In this document: positions 26,698-35,850 of the stretch, in pieces | Layout of the letters: each line of letters begins with the position of its first letter | How positions within the stretch are numbered: the stretch's first letter is position 1 | The notes under the pieces: generated by a model | Seen by the model: only the letters and a program-made list of their open reading frames with translations | Databases searched by the model: none | Told to the model about the DNA's origin: nothing | Virus record (IMG/VR): IMGVR_UViG_3300014720_004424 | DNA length: 64,000 nucleotides | Source: an uncultured virus (IMG/VR IMGVR_UViG_3300014720_004424) | Lineage: Duplodnaviria > Heunggongvirae > Uroviricota > Caudoviricetes | Direction: 5' to 3' (one strand) | Program-made: the position numbers and the translations under genes

Positions 26698-27561
26698 ATG
26701 ACATCTGAGGCTGATACAACAAGCAAAGTAAAGTTACCACTTCTTGCAACAGGAAAAGCACATGTATCTTTTTCTGAAGTAAAATGCTGGAAGGAGTGTT
26801 CTTTTCGACATAAGCTAATGCATATTGATAAGATTAATGTTGGAGAACCATCACCCTTCTTGCCTTTTGGTACTGCAGTTCACGCAGGATGTGAAGCGCT
26901 TATTGAGACTAAGCAAATTGATAGATCATCGCTAATTGAAAAATTTAAGTCAGAGTGGGAAAAGTCTAATTTTGATGACCCTGACTGGATTGCAAAGCAG
27001 CCAGGCTGGTATAAGCACGCTCATTTTGACACATGGGCCAAGTGGGCAAATGAAATGTGGGACGATGTCCTCGGATTTTTAGATTCAAAATTTCCTGGCT
27101 GGGAGATCTTTGAGGCTGAGGAGGACTTGTACGAGGATATTGATGAACTCCAGGTGAAATTTAAGGGCTTCATTGACGGTGTTCTTAAGGTTCCCAACAA
27201 GAAAGGTGATGGACACCAGTACTGGATTATTGACTGGAAGACTGCACAAGCTCATGGCTGGAAGAGAGAGAAAAAGCAAGATATACTCATGACAGCTCAG
27301 CTAATTCTGTACAAGTACTTCTGGTCACAAAAGCACGGAGTGCCGCTAAAGGACATCAGGTGTGGATTTATTCTTCTAAAAAGATCTGCTAAACCAGGAA
27401 AGATTTGTGAGCTTGTTCCTGTTTCTGTCGGTCCCAAGTCAATTGAAAAAGCTAATAAAATTGTGAGAAGTATGATTCAGTCTGTTAGAAAGGGCGTCTA
27501 CCTAAAAAATAGGCATTCTTGCGGTTTCTGTCCGTACAGCGGAACAAAGCACTGCACATAG
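26698..27561 (+). CDS. PD-(D/E)XK nuclease, Cas4/AddB-like with Fe-S cluster cysteines
   Basis: SFSEV..W.EC, FGTAVH, GFIDGV, IIDWKT, QLILY, C-terminal CGFCPY....HC. Confidence 0.85.
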   Translation: MTSEADTTSKVKLPLLATGKAHVSFSEVKCWKECSFRHKLMHIDKINVGEPSPFLPFGTAVHAGCEALIETKQIDRSSLIEKFKSEWEKSNFDDPDWIAKQPGWYKHAHFDTWAKWANEMWDDVLGFLDSKFPGWEIFEAEEDLYEDIDELQVKFKGFIDGVLKVPNKKGDGHQYWIIDWKTAQAHGWKREKKQDILMTAQLILYKYFWSQKHGVPLKDIRCGFILLKRSAKPGKICELVPVSVGPKSIEKANKIVRSMIQSVRKGVYLKNRHSCGFCPYSGTKHCT

Positions 27562-27633
27562 CATCTTATTTACTGCAGATCAAACATTGATATTTTTCAA
27601 TATGCACTTTTCTCGATGCCTCGGAGCGTCTCA

Positions 27634-28878
27634 ATGAAAAAGAAGATTTTAATGTTGTCTGATCACGCCCTTTCAACGTCTGGCGTAGGTTGTCAGAGCA
27701 GATATTTGATAGACGGTCTTGTGAAGAAGGGAAAGTGGTCTGTCAGGCAGTTTGGTGCTGCAATTAAGCACTCCAATTACGATGTAGTAAAAGTCAGTGA
27801 TGACTTTATTATTAAGCCTGTCGATGGGTTTGGGTCTCCCGAGATGCTTCGACAGACACTTGCAATTGAAAGACCTGATGTTCTTCTGCTCTTCACTGAT
27901 CCAAGATTCTTTATTTGGGTTTGGGAAATGGAGGATGAGATACATCAGATTTGTCCTATTGCGTATTGGCATGTTTGGGACAATCTTCCTGTTCCAAAAT
28001 TTAATCAGGTGCTATATGACTCGACTGATCTGATCAACTGTCACTCTCATATGACCTATAGCTACGTGAAGGACCTGGCTCCAGGCAGGACTAACTTCAT
28101 TCCTCACGCCCTACCAGACGAGGTATTTCATCCTATCAACAGTAAGGAAGATGTCAGCAATCTAAAAGTTCAACTGCTTGGCGAGTCTAGAAGAGATCAG
28201 TTTGTTCTTTTTTGGGTTAATAGAAACGCAAAGAGAAAGCGCCCAAATGATGTTCTTTGGGCATGGCAGCTTTTTGTGCAAAAGGTAAAAGAGAAGCATG
28301 GAAAGAGTGATGTGTGCCTCCTGATGCACACTCAGCCCGATGATCAGGAGGGACCAAACCTGTATGCAACTGCAGAGATGCTAGGTGTTACAAGTTCTGT
28401 AGTCTTTTCTCCCGAAAGGCTTGACTTTGCAAAGATGAATGTGCTCCACAACATCTCTGATGCGTGCATAAACATTAGCTATGCGGAGGGATTTGGTCTC
28501 GCAACGCTTGAGGCAATGCAGTGTGGTAAGCCTATAATCGCTCTCAAGACAGGCGGCCTTACTAGACAAGTTGTTGATCACAGGGATGGATCTGAAAATG
28601 GAGTTGCTCTGCCTATTGAAATGCAGAGCATGGTAGGATCGCAGCAAGTTCCTTATATCTTCGAGGACTATTGCTCAGCCGAGACCACAGCAAATGCCAT
28701 TTTAAAGATCTATGAGATGAGTCCTGATGAGAGGACACGTCTAGGACAAAAGTCCAGAGACTACGTCCTTTCTGAGTTTAGCCTCCAAAAGACAGTTAAT
28801 GAGTGGGATAACACACTCACTGATCTTGTCAATAATTGGAGAGAAAAGTACAAGAGCTGGACTGTCAAGGAGATCTGA
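27634..28878 (+). CDS. glycosyltransferase family 4
   Basis: SDH...TSGVG, FIPHAL, VNRNAKRKRP, AEGFGLATLEAMQCGKPII. Confidence 0.9.
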   Translation: MKKKILMLSDHALSTSGVGCQSRYLIDGLVKKGKWSVRQFGAAIKHSNYDVVKVSDDFIIKPVDGFGSPEMLRQTLAIERPDVLLLFTDPRFFIWVWEMEDEIHQICPIAYWHVWDNLPVPKFNQVLYDSTDLINCHSHMTYSYVKDLAPGRTNFIPHALPDEVFHPINSKEDVSNLKVQLLGESRRDQFVLFWVNRNAKRKRPNDVLWAWQLFVQKVKEKHGKSDVCLLMHTQPDDQEGPNLYATAEMLGVTSSVVFSPERLDFAKMNVLHNISDACINISYAEGFGLATLEAMQCGKPIIALKTGGLTRQVVDHRDGSENGVALPIEMQSMVGSQQVPYIFEDYCSAETTANAILKIYEMSPDERTRLGQKSRDYVLSEFSLQKTVNEWDNTLTDLVNNWREKYKSWTVKEI

Positions 28879-30041
28879 TGACTAGAGTTTTACTTAGAGG
28901 ACCATTTTTAACTAACTCTGGGTACGGAGTTCACTCAAGACAAGTCGCTCGTTGGGCACTATCAAAGCCTGACTGGGATGTGAGAGTTCAGACTTTAAAC
29001 TGGGGTATAACACCCTGGATTATTGATAAGAATGATGAGAACGGCCTTATTGGCGAGATAATGAATAGAACAGTCTCAATTGAAGGAGAGCCTCAATTTG
29101 ATCTTTCAATACAGGTTCAACTTCCAAATGAGTGGGATCCTAGACTTGCAAAAAAGAACATTGGCATCACAGCGGGTGTCGAGACCGATAGGTGCAATCC
29201 TCTGTGGATTGATGCCTGCAATAGAATGACCGCTGTTGTCGTGCCATCAAATCACACAAAGAACACGATACTGAATTCAGGTATGATGAGAGTGCCAATT
29301 CACGTAATACCTGAGTCATTTTATGACGAACTTCTTCTGGACAATGTAGACGAGTTTTCTCATAAGTTTTCAACAGACTTTAATTTTCTTGTCTTCGGTC
29401 AAATCACAGGAACTAATCCAGAGAACGACAGAAAGAATCTTTTCTACACGCTAAAGTGGCTGTTTGAAGAGTTTAAAAATGATCCAAACGTTGGTGTGAT
29501 TCTAAAAACCAACTCAGGAAAGCACACAAAGATAGATAGTCTAATGACAGAAAAGCTGGTGAAACAGCTAGTATCAGAGGCACGGAGGAGCCCATTCCCA
29601 AAGATTCACTTAATGCACGGAAAGATGAGCAATAGAGAAATGCTCTCGCTAATGAAGAATCAGACTGTCAAGTCTCTTGTCACTCTCACGAGAGGAGAGG
29701 GATACGGGCTTCCAATCTTGGAAGCTGCTGCATCAGGTCTTCCCATTATAGCAACTGGTTGGTCTGGACACACAGATTTCCTAGATCCTAACGCTTATAT
29801 ACCTGTTGAGTACTCAATTAATGAGATTCACAAAAGCCGAGTTGATGGAAAGATATTTATCGCAGGATCAAAGTGGGCAAGCCCGCTAGAAGCTGATGCA
29901 AAGAAGAAGCTTAGAAAGTTTTACGAGAAGCCTTCAATGCCGCGTCATCGTGCAGCAGAAATGTCAAAGAGAATTAAGCGAGAGTACAATTTTGAGTCAA
30001 TTTGCAAGATATACGACAAAAAGCTTGAAGGGATAGTCTGA
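28878..30041 (+). CDS. glycosyltransferase family 4
   Basis: SGYGVHSR, VVVPSNH, DRKN, TRGEGYGLPILEAAASGLPIIATGWSGHTDF; TGATG overlap with upstream gene. Confidence 0.9.
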   Translation: MTRVLLRGPFLTNSGYGVHSRQVARWALSKPDWDVRVQTLNWGITPWIIDKNDENGLIGEIMNRTVSIEGEPQFDLSIQVQLPNEWDPRLAKKNIGITAGVETDRCNPLWIDACNRMTAVVVPSNHTKNTILNSGMMRVPIHVIPESFYDELLLDNVDEFSHKFSTDFNFLVFGQITGTNPENDRKNLFYTLKWLFEEFKNDPNVGVILKTNSGKHTKIDSLMTEKLVKQLVSEARRSPFPKIHLMHGKMSNREMLSLMKNQTVKSLVTLTRGEGYGLPILEAAASGLPIIATGWSGHTDFLDPNAYIPVEYSINEIHKSRVDGKIFIAGSKWASPLEADAKKKLRKFYEKPSMPRHRAAEMSKRIKREYNFESICKIYDKKLEGIV

Positions 30042-30042
30042 C

Positions 30043-30363
30043 ATGAGTCTTTGCAGTGTTTTGATCGTAATACTGTCATCACTGCTTACCATAAGTGTCT
30101 TCTTTGCTGTTAAGTTTGCGCTAATCATTTTAAAAATTGAAGATGCAATTGAAGAGTCACTTGATGTCTTAGATGAGAGATATCGATCAATAAGCAAGAT
30201 ACTTGAAATACCTCTCTTTTATGATAGTCCGCAAATAAAGCAAGTTATAAGTGATATAAAGGCAACTCGAGAAACACTTCTCTTAATTGCGAATAGATTT
30301 GCATCAATTGACGAAAGAGAATCCTCTGATGAGGATGATGACTCGAATGCCCAAGAAGATTAG
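30043..30363 (+). CDS. hypothetical protein with N-terminal transmembrane helix
   Basis: hydrophobic first ~30 aa, then coiled-coil-like segment. Confidence 0.6.
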   Translation: MSLCSVLIVILSSLLTISVFFAVKFALIILKIEDAIEESLDVLDERYRSISKILEIPLFYDSPQIKQVISDIKATRETLLLIANRFASIDERESSDEDDDSNAQED

Positions 30364-31084
30364 AAAAAAGATAAAGAGAAAACAAGGCACAGGTGGGTGT
30401 CAATACTTCACAGAAGTCACTCAAGAAGCCATCACAAGTTTTCAGATTCTCACTTCTGAAAGTGAAAAGAGCAGTCTCTATTTAGAAAAGATACAGCCTG
30501 CTTTTGATTCCTTGGTTGAGAACTTGATTCTTGTTTATGGCTTTAAGTCACCACACGACACTTTTGAAGAATTAAAGTCAGACTGTGTGTCATTTCTGTA
30601 TGAGTCACTCTATAAATGGTCTCCTGACAAGGGAACAAAGGCGTTTTCGTACTACAACGTTGTGGCCAAAAATTGGCTGATAATTCGGTCTAGAAAGAAT
30701 CAGAAGCAAAACAAGAGAAATGTTTCAATTGACGCACCTGAGACTCTTACACAAGAGCAATTGCATGCAATTGAGACCTATGATGTCATGCCAGCGCCTG
30801 ATGAGATTTTGATAAGTAGAAATGTGAGATCTGAGATAGGAGATCTTCTTAGGGAGATTGAAAAGTGTGTTGCAGGTGAAGCTGAGTCTGCGTGCATAAA
30901 AGCAATAATAACAGTTTTTGACAATATTGATGAATTAGACTTTCTAAACAAGAGAGCTGTTTTGATCTATGTTCGAGATATTTCAGGTCTTTCATCAAAA
31001 AAGCTTTCTGTTGCAATGTCATCAATAAGAAAACATTACAAGCGCTTAACAAACGGAGATGAGAAGTTTAGCTTCTTATTTTAA
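30347..31084 (+). CDS. phage RNA polymerase sigma factor (probable late sigma)
   Basis: region-2-like ELKSDCVSFLYESLYKWSPDKGTKAFSYYNVVAKNWLI..VSID; C-terminal HTH-like segment; sits directly before the baseplate block; start uncertain (30329-30347). Confidence 0.7.
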   Translation: MPKKIRKKIKRKQGTGGCQYFTEVTQEAITSFQILTSESEKSSLYLEKIQPAFDSLVENLILVYGFKSPHDTFEELKSDCVSFLYESLYKWSPDKGTKAFSYYNVVAKNWLIIRSRKNQKQNKRNVSIDAPETLTQEQLHAIETYDVMPAPDEILISRNVRSEIGDLLREIEKCVAGEAESACIKAIITVFDNIDELDFLNKRAVLIYVRDISGLSSKKLSVAMSSIRKHYKRLTNGDEKFSFLF

Positions 31085-31087
31085 GAA

Positions 31088-31459
31088 ATGAGTGAAATTA
31101 AGATTGAAAAGCTTGTTGACAGTGACGGCAAGCTCAAGAAGAAAATCGAGGCATTTGCTGATATACTAGATGAGCTTACTTCCACTGAGGATAAAAAGAA
31201 ACTTCTGTGGAAGGAGATCTATGAAAATGCCCTCATAGACAGAGAGAATGCAGGAATGCTTTTTACAGATGCATGGTCCAAGATGTCAACAGGAACGTCT
31301 GAGCACATTTCACTGGGCACCACTCTTACTAAATACTTAGAAAGAATGAGCAAGTCTAATGAGCAGATACTTCGTCTGGCAGAGCTTATAGCTAAAATTG
31401 AAGAGCAGAACACAAGAGTGGATCCAGACGACGTGTTCTCCTCAATAAGTGGGGACTGA
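31088..31459 (+). CDS. hypothetical helical protein
   Basis: abuts neighbours; coiled-coil composition; function not recognisable. Confidence 0.6.
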   Translation: MSEIKIEKLVDSDGKLKKKIEAFADILDELTSTEDKKKLLWKEIYENALIDRENAGMLFTDAWSKMSTGTSEHISLGTTLTKYLERMSKSNEQILRLAELIAKIEEQNTRVDPDDVFSSISGD

Positions 31460-33148
31460 ATGCCATCTAGGCTTGGAAGAATTGATCCCATAAGGTCAGC
31501 GACAGGTGTAGGATCAACAAATATTTCTTCTGAGCTGAGCGTCATAAGATCGCAAGCGCCTAGTAGAGGACCCTTTTCAAGAGCAGTTGTCTACGAGGTT
31601 CTTGGCGACATTTCTAGAAGGACTGATGAGGAGCTGGAATCACTAGGACAGACAATTGCAGGTGGCCTTGATTCTCTTAGACGTGCTCCTAGAAACAGTC
31701 TTATAGTTCGAGAGATAACAGGCACAGGCGTTAACGCAGTTGCACAGAATATCCTCTGCTATCCGTTTTTCCCTTCACATTTTTGTATGCCGATTAAGCC
31801 AGGTGAGCAGGTGTGGACAGTTTCAGATGCGCCTGGTTCAACATCTCCCTATAGTTTTTGGATAACCAGAGTCTCAGAGCCTAACTTTCTTGAAGATCTT
31901 AATTACGTTCATGCCGAGAGAAGATTTGATCTTTTTGTTGATAAAGTTACAACAGAAAGCTCATCAGCCGCTGTTGGTGATGGAAATGGCGACGAGACAA
32001 GGCCTTTTGATGGTCTTAAAGATCCAGGAAAGATTCCTGGACCTCCTGCATTTAATAATGGTGCCGCAGAGAGAGAGGAAGAGGACAGCAGCGAAGGCAC
32101 TCTCTCAGGTAGCCCAGATGAACCTAGTGTAAATCCATATGATCAGATCTATACGGGATCATTTTCAATGCAGTCTGTCACTCTTGAGCCTGTTCCTCGT
32201 TTCACTAAGAGGCCTGGCGATTTTGTAATTCAAGGGTCAAATAACACTCTAATCTGCTTAGGGCAGGACAGGGGATGGAGCCTCGCTGAACGGCCAGACA
32301 GCGCTGTCAACAGCAATGCATTCTCAGATGTAGATGGATCAGGGATCGCAACAGATCCCATACCCGACTTTTGCGGCACAATAGATATTGTTTCTGGTCG
32401 TGGAAGATTTTATGACAATAATCCGCCTGATCCTGACAACGCAGAGATAGGAGACACACAGCCACGTGTGATACTCAATACTCGAGAAAAACTTGAAGTT
32501 GACAAAAATGCTGCTGTCTACATTAATGATTCTCAGAGATCTTCTATCCCAGCGAACAGGCTTGATAGGCCTCAAGAGGGCGACCCAGACTTTTTAACAG
32601 ATGCAAGCAGGGTCTACGTGTCCATGAGGACCGACGCTGATGCAAATTTTGGCATCACAACTGACGTGATATATCCTGCCTTTGAAGGCGAAGTTGTAGA
32701 TGTTGCAGAGTCACCTTTCATTGTCCTGAAGTCAGATGAAGTAAGAATTATTGCTAGAAAAGAGACAGAGAGGGGCGACATAAACGGGGGCATAAGAATA
32801 ATCAAGGAGGGCGATGTCAATGACGACGCAGCCTCGATATATCTGATGCCTTCTGGAATCATTCAGATAAGCGGAGCCAAAATATACTTGGGCCAGCCTG
32901 ACCAGGGATCAGGGGCCGGTGAAAAGGGATCAGAGCCCTATGTGAAGTATTCAGAGCTCGAAAAACTTTTGGAGAAGACATACGACGCGATAGACCAGTT
33001 CTGTCAAAAGCTTCTAACACACACAACGCCTGGATACGGTGCGCCCTCTGTTCAAATAGTGCAGGGAGCGACAGGACTTCAGACTGAAATTATGCAGAGA
33101 AAGCAAGAGATTACAAACTTAAAATCAACTAGAGTTTTTGGAGAGTGA
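31460..33148 (+). CDS. putative baseplate hub/central spike protein (gp5/VgrG-like)
   Basis: N-terminal OB-fold-like YPFFP...PIKPGEQVW; GDFVIQGSNN; beta-helix-like IVLKSDEVRIIAR..KIYLG; C-terminal HTTPGYGAPS; adjacent to gp25-like gene. Confidence 0.5.
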   Translation: MPSRLGRIDPIRSATGVGSTNISSELSVIRSQAPSRGPFSRAVVYEVLGDISRRTDEELESLGQTIAGGLDSLRRAPRNSLIVREITGTGVNAVAQNILCYPFFPSHFCMPIKPGEQVWTVSDAPGSTSPYSFWITRVSEPNFLEDLNYVHAERRFDLFVDKVTTESSSAAVGDGNGDETRPFDGLKDPGKIPGPPAFNNGAAEREEEDSSEGTLSGSPDEPSVNPYDQIYTGSFSMQSVTLEPVPRFTKRPGDFVIQGSNNTLICLGQDRGWSLAERPDSAVNSNAFSDVDGSGIATDPIPDFCGTIDIVSGRGRFYDNNPPDPDNAEIGDTQPRVILNTREKLEVDKNAAVYINDSQRSSIPANRLDRPQEGDPDFLTDASRVYVSMRTDADANFGITTDVIYPAFEGEVVDVAESPFIVLKSDEVRIIARKETERGDINGGIRIIKEGDVNDDAASIYLMPSGIIQISGAKIYLGQPDQGSGAGEKGSEPYVKYSELEKLLEKTYDAIDQFCQKLLTHTTPGYGAPSVQIVQGATGLQTEIMQRKQEITNLKSTRVFGE

Positions 33149-33151
33149 TTT

Positions 33152-33451
33152 ATGTCGCTTGAAAATTCAAAATCAGGTCTCTCTAAGGCGATTCAGGCTG
33201 CGTTCACAAAGAGCATTCAGGATGGAGCTTCCGAGGGAGCAAGCCCTGAGTCAAATATACAGACGCTATCAGAGGCTCTTGCATCCGCAATTCACGAGTA
33301 TGTGAAGTCTGCAGGAGTCGATATCAGTGAAGTCAAGTCCACAGCAGCTCCTGGCACTGCGGTTGCTACATCAGGAACGGCCACATCTCAAGCAGGAACC
33401 ACAGTTGCTCCCGCTGTATCAGTTCACGAGGGATTTGGAAAGTTAGTTTGA
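33152..33451 (+). CDS. hypothetical protein (baseplate region)
   Basis: GGAG RBS; Ala/Ser/Thr-rich; between spike-like and gp25-like genes. Confidence 0.6.
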   Translation: MSLENSKSGLSKAIQAAFTKSIQDGASEGASPESNIQTLSEALASAIHEYVKSAGVDISEVKSTAAPGTAVATSGTATSQAGTTVAPAVSVHEGFGKLV

Positions 33452-33471
33452 TAGCCTGTTTTGCATTTTGC

Positions 33472-33478
33472 ATAGTTA
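33472..33478 (+). promoter_or_regulatory. putative late promoter motif ATAGTTA
   Basis: intergenic, 21 nt upstream of ATG 33500. Confidence 0.5.
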
Positions 33479-33499
33479 CATCTGGACTAAAGAATCAGA

Positions 33500-33991
33500 A
33501 TGTCAACTAGAAAAAAATATGACTTCTCTTCTGTTGGAGACCTCAAGGAGGATCTTGACAAGTTAAAGTCTAATGCACTGAGTCAAAAACTTGAGACGCC
33601 AGTTGGTATAAAAGTTCCAGTTGAGTTTGGTCAGTCTAATGATGGCCTTCTAAAGATGCACACAGACATTGACAGCGCTGTTGCTGACAACTTTAGGAAC
33701 ATGATAATGACAAACTACGGTGAGCGGCTTGGTCTCTACGACTTCGGAGCAAATTTAACAGAGCTCGCGTTTGAGCTTGGAACAGATCAGTTTGATGCTG
33801 AAGCCATAAGAAGAATTAGAAAGACAACGCAGAAGTATATGCCTTTCATACAGCTTCTTACGTTCGAGCCACTTGTTGATCGAATAGACAACAAGGAAGT
33901 TGCAAAAGTTGGTGTTCGAATTACTTACAAGGTAAGCGCTGTTTCTCAAAAAGAACGCGTGATAGAAGCAATAATTTACGTGGCAGGGTGA
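33500..33991 (+). CDS. baseplate wedge subunit, gp25/GPW family
   Basis: DNFRNMIMTNYGERL..YDFGANL..LAFE ... KYMPFI. Confidence 0.85.
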   Translation: MSTRKKYDFSSVGDLKEDLDKLKSNALSQKLETPVGIKVPVEFGQSNDGLLKMHTDIDSAVADNFRNMIMTNYGERLGLYDFGANLTELAFELGTDQFDAEAIRRIRKTTQKYMPFIQLLTFEPLVDRIDNKEVAKVGVRITYKVSAVSQKERVIEAIIYVAG

Positions 33992-33992
33992 T

Positions 33993-35840
33993 ATGGCATT
34001 AGACGTAAAAAAGAATCTTAGAAAAGAGAGAAGCAGGACCTTCCTTGCCAAAGACTTTGACTCATTCAGATCAGAGCTTCTAGGCTACGCCAGGACTTAC
34101 TTTCCTGACAAGATTAAGGACTTTTCTGAGGCGTCTCTTGGTGGCCTCTTTCTTGATATGGCTGCGTTTGTTGGTGACAGCTTATCTTATTATCTAGATC
34201 ACCAGTTCACTGAGCTAAATCCCCTCACAGCAGTTGAGAGGAAAAATATACTGCTTCATTTAAGAACAGTTGGTGTTAAGCCTGTTGGATCAAGTCCTGC
34301 ATCTGTTCAAGTAAAGTTTTATATAAGAGTTCCTGCTGAGCAAAAGTCCGATGGGTCTTACGGGCCTAAGACCTCGACACTTCCTGTCATACGGAGTGGC
34401 ACAGTTTGCAAGTCAACAAGTGGAATAACGTTTAATCTAACAGAGGACCTAGACTTTGCGAGCACAACTTCGGAAGGTGAGTATATTGCAACTGTAAATG
34501 TGTTCTCTTCAAGTGATGCAGGAATACCCACACAGTTTGTGATGACAATGACAGGATTATGCGTCTCAGGTAATGAGACAATTGATCAATTTACCCTAGG
34601 CACGCAGCACGTCCCCTTTAGAGAGATAACTCTTTTAAGCGCAGATATTAGTGATATTCTGTCAGTAATAGACACACAGGGTAATTCTTACTATCAGGTC
34701 GAGTCTCTCTCTCAAGACACTGTATTTCAAGCAGTCAATAATCTTGATGCTGATGGAAAAATGGTTCCAATGAATCTTGAGATTATTGCAGCTCCAAGAA
34801 GATATACAGCGAATTTTGATCCCACTACAAGACTGACAACTGTAAGATTTGGCTCTGGAAATGCTGACACGCTTGATGATGATATTGTTCCAGACCCAAG
34901 TGAGTTGTCTCTTCCTCTATACGGGAAAAAACAGTTCACGAGATTTTCAATTGATCCAAACTCAATGCTCCAGACACAGACGCTAGGCATAAGTCCCAAG
35001 GGAACGACTCTTTCAATACGATATAGACACGGCGGCGGTCTATCTCACAATGTCGCTGCAGGATCAATAAGGCTCTTAAACACACTAAACATGGACTTTC
35101 AGCGTCAGCCATCTGCATCGGATGCAGCATCAGTGAGATCCAGCGTTGAGGTTAAAAATCTTGACCCTGCTCGAGGAGGCGACTCAGCGCCGACACTTGA
35201 AGACCTGCGAGCCAGAATACCCAGCGCCAGACAGATGCAGTCTAGAATTGTTAGTAGACAAGATCTTCTTTCTAGAATCTACACGATGCCAAATGTCTTT
35301 GGCAGAGTATTTAGAGCGGGAATTTCTGACAACCCAATAAATCCTCTCTCAGCACAGCTGTATATCATAAGCAGGGACAGGTTTGGAAATCTTACAATTT
35401 CACCTGATTCTCTAAAGAAGAACTTGAGCACTTATTTAAATGAGTTTAGACTAATATCTGATGCAGTTGATATACTCGATGCAAGGGTGTCAAATTACAC
35501 TGTTAGGTTTGGAATAATGACTGCTCCAAATGCCAACAAGAACGGTGTTGTTCAAAGTGTCATATCAAGAATTAAGAACGTGCTCAGGATAGAAAACTTT
35601 CAGATAGATCAGCCTCTTGTCATAGACGACGTGATAAATGTGATCATAAATACTCAGGGTGTTGTTTCTCTAATAAGTCTTGACATGCTTCCAAAGACAG
35701 GTACTGATGAAGGTAGAAGTTACTCTGACTTCTATTTTGACTATGAGCTTTCCACTAGAAATAAGATAATCACAGCTCCTAGAGGAACAATTTTTGAGCT
35801 CAAGTATCCAGAGTACGACATCATTGGCACTGCAATCTAA
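33993..35840 (+). CDS. baseplate wedge protein, T4 gp6/baseplate J-like
   Basis: KDFDSFRSELL.YARTYFPD..DFSEASLGGLFLDMAAFVGD.LSYYLDHQ, VRFGSG, IRYRHGGG..NV, ARGGDSAPTLEDLR, QSRIVSRQD. Confidence 0.85.
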   Translation: MALDVKKNLRKERSRTFLAKDFDSFRSELLGYARTYFPDKIKDFSEASLGGLFLDMAAFVGDSLSYYLDHQFTELNPLTAVERKNILLHLRTVGVKPVGSSPASVQVKFYIRVPAEQKSDGSYGPKTSTLPVIRSGTVCKSTSGITFNLTEDLDFASTTSEGEYIATVNVFSSSDAGIPTQFVMTMTGLCVSGNETIDQFTLGTQHVPFREITLLSADISDILSVIDTQGNSYYQVESLSQDTVFQAVNNLDADGKMVPMNLEIIAAPRRYTANFDPTTRLTTVRFGSGNADTLDDDIVPDPSELSLPLYGKKQFTRFSIDPNSMLQTQTLGISPKGTTLSIRYRHGGGLSHNVAAGSIRLLNTLNMDFQRQPSASDAASVRSSVEVKNLDPARGGDSAPTLEDLRARIPSARQMQSRIVSRQDLLSRIYTMPNVFGRVFRAGISDNPINPLSAQLYIISRDRFGNLTISPDSLKKNLSTYLNEFRLISDAVDILDARVSNYTVRFGIMTAPNANKNGVVQSVISRIKNVLRIENFQIDQPLVIDDVINVIINTQGVVSLISLDMLPKTGTDEGRSYSDFYFDYELSTRNKIITAPRGTIFELKYPEYDIIGTAI

Positions 35841-35850
35841 GGAGTAACAA

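Noticed and set aside
26698..27561. Cas4-like gene as part of a CRISPR-Cas locus
   Set aside because: No cas1/cas2, effector gene or array in the window
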